From a virus (lineage: Duplodnaviria; Heunggongvirae; Uroviricota; Caudoviricetes): a stretch of DNA of 8,752 nucleotides. Of the stretch, positions 1 to 6,615 are shown in pieces; positions within the stretch are counted from its first letter, which is position 1; the number at the start of each line of letters is the position of its first letter. The translations under genes and the position numbers were made by a program. The notes beneath the pieces were generated by a model. That model did no database searches, was not told the DNA's origin, and worked only from the letters and a program-made list of their open reading frames with translations. Location: IMG/VR virus record IMGVR_UViG_2698536647_000003, positions 1 to 8,752 of that record; one strand, written 5' to 3'.

Positions 1-804
1 CTGCGCCCACGGCACTGATGATTTTGGTGTTTGAGGGTCAGTGGTTGTTAGAAAACGGCTGAATACCGCATTACCGTAAGTAATCCACAGCTGCGCAATT
101 CGATGCCCGGTGTAGGAACTCTGAAACCCACAGCCATACGAAGGAGCCCACAGAGTATTGCCATCAGCATCACTGATGAAGGATGAACTGGCATCTGTGG
201 GCTTATTTTGGAGAACAGCACCAACCCCAAAAGCTCCCACCTGCATAACATTCCCTGCCGCAGTTCCGACATCCTTTGTCGCACTACTTCCTAAACCGAG
301 GTTTGTGCGAACGTCTGCTGCGTTCGTTGCCCCGGTCCCGCCCTGCGCAATAGAAAGCGCAGTAGTGAGTCCTTTCAGCTCCGTGATATCGCTGTTTGCC
401 CCCTTTCTGGCAAGTGCACCAATGCCCGGAATATTCACGGAAGCTCCGTTGATGGTAACGGTGATAGTTTGGTTTGCTGAGGTGGTGGCGAACGTCTCCC
501 ATGCGCCGATATTCTCGTCATACTCTTTGATGAGCTGAGACATGGCCTGCGCCAGGCCGTCGACTGAGATATTGTCTGACACAAGGATTCCATACTTCTG
601 GCCGCTCAGCGCCGGGGAAGCAACTGGCGTAACCGTCAAAGACGTGGCGCTGTTCACGGATGAAATCTGGAACAGCTGCACCGGGTTAGACATCACGATA
701 ATTGTCTGCCCAGCGCGAACCTGGCTGGCGGGAGCTGTCCAGTTTGTGCCGGAGCCGGTTGCGGTATTTCCGTTAATAGAGATAGTTCCTGTGCTATAAA
801 TCAT
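1..804 (-). CDS. Tail fibre protein, N-terminal 268 codons (partial; 3' end lies beyond the window start)
   Basis: Hand translation of the minus strand from ATG 804..802 is open for 268 codons to position 1 (MIYSTGTISINGNTATGSGTNW...), which explains why this frame is absent from the ATG-to-stop ORF track. TAGGAG sits 5 nt upstream of the ATG (811..816 on the minus strand). The translation contains LSIAQGGTGATNAADVRTNLGLG, a motif I recognise as recurrent in phage tail fibres. Position is immediately distal to J. Confidence 0.7.
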   Translation of the reverse strand, partial: MIYSTGTISINGNTATGSGTNWTAPASQVRAGQTIIVMSNPVQLFQISSVNSATSLTVTPVASPALSGQKYGILVSDNISVDGLAQAMSQLIKEYDENIGAWETFATTSANQTITVTINGASVNIPGIGALARKGANSDITELKGLTTALSIAQGGTGATNAADVRTNLGLGSSATKDVGTAAGNVMQVGAFGVGAVLQNKPTDASSSFISDADGNTLWAPSYGCGFQSSYTGHRIAQLWITYGNAVFSRFLTTTDPQTPKSSVPWAQ

Positions 805-881
805 AACAACTCCTAAATTTAGACAACATGAAGCCCGGAGAGGTATATAACCCTCACCAGAAATAATTTCTGAATTGGTTT

Positions 882-1228
882 TTAATACATGTTGGGCAAC
901 GCCAGTGTTGGCATAGCTATAGTTGTATCAAATGCCATTGACCACCCACCCAAATAATAATTGCCGACTACTTTATTCCTTTCTGCTCTGACATTCCCAC
1001 CTGTCATTACAATTCCTTTATACCTAATATTTCCGTAACCACCAACGTGTCGACAGTTAGCCCCGGTATAAACAATCTGGCAAAATTCATCACCAATATT
1101 CAGGTTCGCATTGGCGATATTTATTGTCCCATCAAAAATGAATGGCTTCGTGCAAGTAAGAAGACGTTTGCGTTGACGATTGGTTTATTCAATCCATCAA
1201 CCAAAATACCATGTAAACGAATTGCCAT
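882..1228 (-). pseudogene. Possible frameshifted remnant of a side-tail-fibre (Stf-like) N-terminus
   Basis: Minus-strand ATG at 1228 gives MAIRLHGILVDGLNKPIVNANVFLLARSHSFLMGQ then a stop at 1121..1123. Its first ~27 residues resemble the lambda Stf N-terminus as I recall it (MAVKISGVLKDGTGKPVQNCTIQLKARR). A second frame is open from 1130 to 882 (82 codons). AT-rich, no convincing intact gene. Confidence 0.25.
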
Positions 1229-1309
1229 AACATTTCCCACTTTATTTTACTTACTCAACACAACAAGTATATTAAAATTGAACCTTGTCAACAACACAAA
1301 GGAGTCCCA

Positions 1310-1543
1310 ATGAAACTCGCTCTAATTATGCTGCCATTATGTCTGTCCCTCACTGCATGTGGTAATGGTTTAAATACCGGTAAACCAAATTCCGGTGTCA
1401 TTCCAAAACCTTTGGATCGAGATGGTAACGGTTCTTTAATTTATGATACCGAAAACCTTCCAATGACGGGGCAGTGGTGTCACGAGATTGATCACGAATA
1501 CCGACGAATCGGTAGCCCTTCTAACTGTGTTATTGACTACTAA
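1310..1543 (+). CDS. Small predicted outer-membrane lipoprotein (77 aa), moron convergent with J
   Basis: ORF-track ORF with AAGGAG at 1299..1304, 5 nt before the ATG. N-terminus MKLALIMLPLCLSLTAC has a charged n-region, hydrophobic core and lipobox L-T-A-C (Gly at +2). AT-rich relative to flanking tail genes. A perfect hairpin terminator begins 2 nt after the stop. Confidence 0.6.
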   Translation: MKLALIMLPLCLSLTACGNGLNTGKPNSGVIPKPLDRDGNGSLIYDTENLPMTGQWCHEIDHEYRRIGSPSNCVIDY

Positions 1544-1544
1544 A

Positions 1545-1572
1545 TATTAACCCCTCAAAAGAGGGGTTAATA
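1545..1572. terminator. Bidirectional intrinsic terminator between the convergent lipoprotein gene and J
   Basis: Perfect 12-bp inverted repeat TATTAACCCCTC / GAGGGGTTAATA with a 4-nt AAAA loop. It is followed by TTTT (1573..1576) on the plus strand and flanked by A/T on the minus strand. It lies between the plus-strand stop (1541..1543) and the J stop (1575..1577). Confidence 0.65.
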
Positions 1573-1574
1573 TT

Positions 1575-4500
1575 TTAACCTGTGAATGAACCAGATCCGT
1601 GTGATACTATGACAGTAGGCGAATAAATGGACGCGCCCCTGTTATTTTGAGCGGACACTTTAATACGCACTGTTACGTTTGGACCTGTTACAACCGCAGA
1701 ATGCATGATAAGTCTCTCCATGTCTTGTACGGATGAACCACTCTCATTGCCGTTAATATTGATTAGTCCTGCACCATTACCTTTAACGTTTGCTATAACA
1801 CAGACGTGTCTTGCGTGCCCAGAACTGGATGAATCCGTATAAGTTATTACCTTTTCTAAAAGGCCGTCACTAGACCGACTAACGTCAGTTCCGGTGTGCA
1901 TATTTGCAATGTCCCCGATAAAACTTTGGGCTTCCACAGTCCCTTTGAATTTACCGCTTGTTGCTTGTATCTCACCAGTAAATCTACCGCCACTAGCATA
2001 TACTACACCTCTGACGGTCACATTGTTGAATTCAGCATCTCCAGCTTTATTCAACTTCCAACCAGCAGAACCAGCTGCATAGTTGTTGGACTGGATATAG
2101 TTACCGATTTTTGCGTTCTCAATGGTGCCGTCCTGGATGAAGCTGGCCCGGATGAATGTCTGTCCATTCTGGATCACAAACGGCAAAGCCACGCTATTTC
2201 CGGCTGCCGTGGTGACGGCGAAGCGATCAGCCAGGAAGATAACCTGCGACTGCATGCCGGATGGCGTATTCTCCACGCCGATACCCATCCCCGCGGCGTA
2301 ATACTGCCCGTTGCTGGAGACACCAACTTTGATGTTGTACATCGCGCTGAGGTCGCCGTTTACGTTCGCTATAGCCTGAGCGTTGGTTGTGATGGCTGAG
2401 GTATGCCCGTTCACCGTCGCCGTGATGCTGTTTACCTGCGTGGCCATAGCCTGCTGGTAATCGGAGAACGTCTGGTTCAGGCTGTTGATGGATGCCTTGT
2501 TGCCGTTAACGTCCGTCTGCAGGCTCAGCAGCGAGCGCGCCGTTGCCTCCCTGTCGTTGACAATCACCTCATCAATACGGTCCAGATTCGCGCTGTTGCC
2601 GGCGACCGATGCAGAAAGGGTTTTACGCGTGGCCACCTGAGCGAGGTTGGCCTGGATTATCGCAATTGCAGAGTTCTTCACCCCGCCCGTCATGCCGTCC
2701 ATAGAAACGCTGATGTTGTCGATTCGCTGGCCCAGGGCGGTATCAGCCGTCGCAACGGTCTGCTCAAGCTGACTGAGTGAAGACGAAACATTCCCGACCG
2801 TGCTGGAAAGCTCATTAACGCTGGTCTGAACCTTCCCTACGTCCTGGGCATTTTTGGCGATATCTTTCGCTTGCTGCTCCAGTTCGTCGTTAGCCTGTTT
2901 GATATCGTTAGCCATGCCAGCAATTTTTTCATTGCTGTCCACAGCGTTCTCGATCAGGTCTTTGAACGTATCGGAGCCTTTCATGTCCTCCAGGATCACA
3001 TCTGTGATGTCGGAAACATCGATGCTGGCCTGTCCTCGCACCCATTCTGTGTACCCTGATTCGTTGCCGCTGCGGTCCACCAGCTGAGCGCGGTACCAGA
3101 AAATCTGCCCAGCCTTGAGGCCCATCTGCTGATATTTGCGCTGCGGATAAGGCACATCGGCCAGCAGCATCGCATCGTCCTCGGTTCCGGTCAGGCTGTA
3201 CTGAATTTCCGTCTTCAGCGTGTCGTCGGTATTCGCCGGGAATCCCCAGTTCAGCTCGATGCCGAAAACCACATTTTCAGAAGCGATGAAGCCAACCGGC
3301 TTCGGTGGATTGCCCACTTTACCCGTCAGCGTTTTCTCTTCTGAATAGCCCCATCCGGATGAAATTTCAGCGGCGTTGATGGCACGCACGCGCACCAGGT
3401 ATCGTCCCGCATAAATGCCCGGAACATCGAACGATGTGGTGGAGCTGCGCGGCACGTTAACCCAGTTCCCGTCGTTGCGGCGCCATTGTGCTTCATAGGC
3501 GATAGCGTTCTGCGCCTGGTACCAGCTCACGCGCATTGTTTCGACGCTGATATTTTGCTGAACCACGGAAAACGAGCTGATCACGATATTCGCAGGCGGC
3601 GACTGGTTGCCCGGCGGGATCACGCTCACCGGCCGTTGGTCAATGATGGCTCCGGTATCGATACGGGCATATTTATCCGGGTCGTGCCATGCGCCGGTAA
3701 TCGAGAAAGTGCCATCATTGTTATCGGAAACGCTGACAACTCGATACTGCTGCGCGTAGAGCTCGTCAGATTCAACCACCCAAACAGCTTCGGCCTGTGG
3801 CGTCTCACTGTATGCCGTGGTGACTGTGACTGATTCCCCGTTCACGGCCTGAATGGTCCTGCTCTGCGACGCTCCGGAGGGAAGGTTGAGAATAAGGCGA
3901 TCACCTGGTGCTGCATCAGCTACGCGGTCAAGTTTGATAACGCGACCGTTAACGGCGCTGATGCGGCCGCCCATAACCTTTCCGGAAAGCAGCTCGTCTG
4001 CCACGGCGATGATGTAGCCAGGCTGCGGAATGTTTCCGTCCAGCCCGACATCAAACGAAACAACGCGATCCTTGTTGTTGGTGAGAATGCCCCAGCGCCC
4101 CTTTCGGTTCGCTTCTGACTGCCTGGTGCAGCCGATGGCTGTCATTTCCAGCTGATTGAAGCCGTATCGCGCTACCAGCGCCTGCTCAAATACCGGCTCC
4201 ATCGCGTCGGCATAAGCGTTACCCGGGTCTGACCATGAAACCAGCGCTGTGGTGTAGCGGGTTTTCGTGGTGCTGCTTGAATAGGTGAAGCGACCGCCAA
4301 CAACGTTGGCGCGCGTGTAGCTGTAATCAACATCTCGGGGCATATCGGCCAGAGCAACGATCTGATCGCCTCCCCAGTACGTCATGCCACGGAATATGGC
4401 CGCAAAATCACGCAGGACTGTATAAGCGTCGTTTCGGTCCTGGATGTACACGTTGCAGGTATAACGCGGTTCGGTACCGTTGCCCCCTTTGCCGTCTGGT

Positions 4501-5465
4501 ACCATCTGATCACAATACTGGGCAACCTGATAAAGCGTCCATTTATCAATATTCGCAGCGGTCAAACGGTGCCCGAGGCCGAACCGGTCAGAAACAACCA
4601 GATCGTAAAAAATCCACGCAGGGTTATCCGTCCATGCCCACTTAAACGCACCGGTCCATGTACCGCTATAAGTGCGGGTTTCAGGGTCGTAGGTATCTGG
4701 AACGCGGATAACACGGCCGCGGGGCTCGCAGGAGATCTGCGGGATAGAGCCGTTAAACTGACTTGAATCGAATTCGATGTAGAGTAGCGCTGTGTTTGGA
4801 TATCGTAACTTGGCGTCAATCACCTCGGTGAAGCTCTGCAGCGTCATCGTGTCGCCGATCTTCGCGCTGTTGGCATCAGAGGTAATCTTACGCAGACGTA
4901 TTGTCCAGGTGCTGCCAGCTTGCGGTAAATCGATACGGTGGCTGCGCTCATAACCAGACGTCGTTTTGCCGGTCACGCTGGTATTGAGTACCGTCTGCCA
5001 TGTGCCGCCGTCCGTCTGCAGGTCAATCGCATAATTGACCGAGTAACCCACCAGATCTCCGTCGTCTTCCTGTTTGAAAAGCGAGGGCCATTTCAGACGC
5101 AGACGAACTGCTGAAAGCTGCGTATTGGTAAACGTGCGCGTCCAGGCTGTAGCGCTTGATACCTCAGTTCCCACGCTGATTTCGTTTTCGGTACCGGGAA
5201 TACCCTGAATATATTTTTGAGCCTGCGTCCCCGCGCGAAACTCCCACGTCACGCCGCTGAAGTTTTGGGAACCGTCGGCATTCTCCAGCGCCGTTCCGTC
5301 CAGGTAGATATCTTTGCCGGTTAGCTGCCCTGCGAACTCCCCTTCGCCAAGCGCAACGAGGATTTTTGCCTTCGCTACAGATTGCAGATCATCAGGCTGT
5401 TCGGTAGGAGTTCGTGAACTGGATTTGCCGCCTTTGCGCCCCTTTAATACTTTCTCTGTAGCCAT
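1575..5465 (-). CDS. J: Host specificity protein J (central tail fibre / tail tip), 1296 aa
   Basis: Single 3891-nt ORF. The N-terminal region (KGGKSSSRTPTEQPDDLQS...) and the segment YYAAGMGIGVENTPSGMQSQVIFLADRFAV... resemble lambda gpJ as I recall it. It sits after M-L-K-I in lambda order. Start ATG 5465 has only a weak GGA-type Shine-Dalgarno. Confidence 0.93.
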   Translation of the reverse strand: MATEKVLKGRKGGKSSSRTPTEQPDDLQSVAKAKILVALGEGEFAGQLTGKDIYLDGTALENADGSQNFSGVTWEFRAGTQAQKYIQGIPGTENEISVGTEVSSATAWTRTFTNTQLSAVRLRLKWPSLFKQEDDGDLVGYSVNYAIDLQTDGGTWQTVLNTSVTGKTTSGYERSHRIDLPQAGSTWTIRLRKITSDANSAKIGDTMTLQSFTEVIDAKLRYPNTALLYIEFDSSQFNGSIPQISCEPRGRVIRVPDTYDPETRTYSGTWTGAFKWAWTDNPAWIFYDLVVSDRFGLGHRLTAANIDKWTLYQVAQYCDQMVPDGKGGNGTEPRYTCNVYIQDRNDAYTVLRDFAAIFRGMTYWGGDQIVALADMPRDVDYSYTRANVVGGRFTYSSSTTKTRYTTALVSWSDPGNAYADAMEPVFEQALVARYGFNQLEMTAIGCTRQSEANRKGRWGILTNNKDRVVSFDVGLDGNIPQPGYIIAVADELLSGKVMGGRISAVNGRVIKLDRVADAAPGDRLILNLPSGASQSRTIQAVNGESVTVTTAYSETPQAEAVWVVESDELYAQQYRVVSVSDNNDGTFSITGAWHDPDKYARIDTGAIIDQRPVSVIPPGNQSPPANIVISSFSVVQQNISVETMRVSWYQAQNAIAYEAQWRRNDGNWVNVPRSSTTSFDVPGIYAGRYLVRVRAINAAEISSGWGYSEEKTLTGKVGNPPKPVGFIASENVVFGIELNWGFPANTDDTLKTEIQYSLTGTEDDAMLLADVPYPQRKYQQMGLKAGQIFWYRAQLVDRSGNESGYTEWVRGQASIDVSDITDVILEDMKGSDTFKDLIENAVDSNEKIAGMANDIKQANDELEQQAKDIAKNAQDVGKVQTSVNELSSTVGNVSSSLSQLEQTVATADTALGQRIDNISVSMDGMTGGVKNSAIAIIQANLAQVATRKTLSASVAGNSANLDRIDEVIVNDREATARSLLSLQTDVNGNKASINSLNQTFSDYQQAMATQVNSITATVNGHTSAITTNAQAIANVNGDLSAMYNIKVGVSSNGQYYAAGMGIGVENTPSGMQSQVIFLADRFAVTTAAGNSVALPFVIQNGQTFIRASFIQDGTIENAKIGNYIQSNNYAAGSAGWKLNKAGDAEFNNVTVRGVVYASGGRFTGEIQATSGKFKGTVEAQSFIGDIANMHTGTDVSRSSDGLLEKVITYTDSSSSGHARHVCVIANVKGNGAGLININGNESGSSVQDMERLIMHSAVVTGPNVTVRIKVSAQNNRGASIYSPTVIVSHGSGSFTG

Positions 5466-5476
5466 ATCGCGTCCAT

Positions 5477-5499
5477 AAAAAAAGCCACCCGAAGGCGGC
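5477..5499 (-). terminator. Intrinsic terminator on the minus strand, ending 11 nt upstream of the J start codon
   Basis: Minus-strand RNA reads GCCGCC-UUCG-GGUGGC (6-bp stem with one G.U, UUCG tetraloop) followed by seven U (plus 5477..5483 is A7). Confidence 0.6.
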
Positions 5500-5631
5500 T
5501 ACTGTTTAAATATCAGGCTGTTGGTAACAGGAATCCCTGGTTAATGTGTAAGCTCAGCCCGCCAGTGGTAGGCCTCTGGCGTTAACTGACCGAGGGATGG
5601 CTGAAGTACCCGGTTAAAATGGAGTAATAAG

Positions 5632-5847
5632 ATGATCGAAGAAAAGTTCGTGGATTTTAGATTTACTCTTGACGAAAATATTCCTAGAGAAATCGCTTTA
5701 GAAATTGTGGCTCTAAGACAAGTTACAATGGTATTAACAGCAGCATTGCCAGTAGATACAAGGCAACAAGTTATTGAAATCCTATCAAAGACAAACTCAC
5801 CACAAATTCAAGACATCGTCAAAAATATGAAGCTTATTGACGCCTAA
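5632..5847 (+). CDS. Hypothetical 71-aa protein in the I-J insertion (plus strand)
   Basis: ORF-track ORF with GGAG at 5621..5624, 7 nt before the ATG. AT-rich. Its 3' end overlaps the 3' end of the minus-strand 49-aa ORF by about 50 nt, so at most one of the two may be real. No recognisable motif. Confidence 0.35.
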   Translation: MIEEKFVDFRFTLDENIPREIALEIVALRQVTMVLTAALPVDTRQQVIEILSKTNSPQIQDIVKNMKLIDA

Positions 5848-5946
5848 TGTCATTGAAGCATCGTACTCTACGGTCTCATGCGGGACCGTTTCATTAACTT
5901 CAGATGTTTCATTTTCAGTTTTTTCTACTCGTGACTCAAAAGACAT
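5797..5946 (-). CDS. Hypothetical small acidic protein (49 aa) immediately downstream of I
   Basis: Hand translation: MSFESRVEKTENETSEVNETVPHETVEYDASMTLGVNKLHIFDDVLNLW (11 Asp/Glu against 3 Arg/Lys). AAGGAG at 5958..5953 sits 6 nt before ATG 5946 and 8 nt after the I stop. Below the ORF track's apparent length cut-off. Confidence 0.35.
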   Translation of the reverse strand: MSFESRVEKTENETSEVNETVPHETVEYDASMTLGVNKLHIFDDVLNLW

Positions 5947-5966
5947 ACACATCTCCTTAACTTAGC

Positions 5967-6554
5967 TTACTGCTGATCTTCGACATATATCCCGGCAGAA
6001 ATAATCGCTCCGCCGATTCGACGCTTACCATAAAGCAGAGGCACTGGGTAGCCTTGCGCTGCAGTGTTGGTTACCCCGCCAAACGCATACGATGCACGGT
6101 TATCTGCGCTTTGTTTGCTGGCCAGCCCTGTAGCCTGAGGGGATAACATCTGAACTACCCCCCCCAGCGTTATGGACGCACCAGCAGCAAACATCATATT
6201 GCTGGCAGCTATACTCAGACCTGGCATCCAGATCGATGCAATCACTAATACTGCGCCCAGGATAGTTTGAATCAAACCGGCTTTTTTACTCCCGATGATT
6301 ACCGGAACAATGCGAATAACCTCGCCGGTAATCGGGAAGCCAAGGTCATCCACACCGATGTTTTTTTTACCCTTAAACACGGAGTATGTGAGCCCACGGC
6401 GTTGGCTGGAAATCATAAACTGCTCAAATCCAGGAATGGTTTTTGCGAGTGCAACGCCTGCTTCGCTTACGCGGGATATCAGACGGTAGTGAACTTTGCC
6501 AAACGTTTTTCCAAGAACACTGCCTAATTCAATTCGACTCATGACCTCTTGCAT
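5967..6554 (-). CDS. I: Tail assembly protein I (ubiquitin-like N-terminal domain, hydrophobic C-terminal region)
   Basis: Resembles lambda gpI as I recall it (e.g. ...GYPVPLLYG... near the C-terminus, Gly/Ala-rich hydrophobic stretch). I trimmed the ORF-track start (6641) to ATG 6554, which follows a GGGGGGA run by 4 nt and lies downstream of the 6570..6591 terminator. An in-frame ATG at 6542 is an alternative. Confidence 0.85.
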   Translation of the reverse strand: MQEVMSRIELGSVLGKTFGKVHYRLISRVSEAGVALAKTIPGFEQFMISSQRRGLTYSVFKGKKNIGVDDLGFPITGEVIRIVPVIIGSKKAGLIQTILGAVLVIASIWMPGLSIAASNMMFAAGASITLGGVVQMLSPQATGLASKQSADNRASYAFGGVTNTAAQGYPVPLLYGKRRIGGAIISAGIYVEDQQ

Positions 6555-6569
6555 ATAATCCCCCCACGT

Positions 6570-6591
6570 AAAAAAACCGCCGAAGCGGTTT
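6570..6591 (-). terminator. Intrinsic terminator on the minus strand after the K-I lipoprotein gene
   Basis: Minus-strand RNA reads AAACCGC-UUCG-GCGGUUU followed by a U-run (plus 6570..6576 is A7). Lies between the lipoprotein stop (6616) and the I start (6554). Confidence 0.65.
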
Positions 6592-6615
6592 AATTTGGTT
6601 GATTTATTTAGGTGT

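Noticed and set aside
48-799. ORFs 48..284 (-), 158..538 (+), 284..502 (-), 542..799 (+)
   Set aside because: They overlap one another and the uninterrupted 268-codon tail fibre frame, which has a strong ribosome binding site and a tail-fibre motif.
1230-1309. Sigma-70 promoter calls upstream of the 77-aa lipoprotein (e.g. TATATT at 1268..1273), and similar attempts upstream of the 71-aa and 131-aa ORFs
   Set aside because: In such AT-rich DNA many hexamers resemble a -10 box, and I found no properly spaced -35 partner. A call by eye would be unreliable.
1047-1313. 88-aa plus-strand ORF in the AT-rich region upstream of the 77-aa lipoprotein gene
   Set aside because: No ribosome binding site and low-complexity AT-rich sequence. 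It is antisense to the Stf-like remnant and ends by overlapping the lipoprotein start. Probably a chance open frame.
1310-1543. Identity of the 77-aa lipoprotein as Rz1, Lom or Bor
   Set aside because: Rz1 is proline-rich and embedded in the lysis cassette, not the tail region. Lom is a roughly 200-aa beta-barrel outer-membrane protein without a lipobox. The sequence does not resemble lambda Bor as I recall it.
1894-4819. Nine ORFs of 60 to 167 aa inside the J gene (six on the plus strand, three on the minus strand in other frames)
   Set aside because: All are nested in the 3.9-kb J ORF, which has clear homology. They are typical antisense or off-frame open frames in GC-rich coding DNA, with no ribosome binding site or recognisable product.
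6267-6527. Plus-strand ORFs 6267..6527 and 6295..6489 inside I
   Set aside because: Antisense to the I coding sequence, nested and overlapping, with no independent support.
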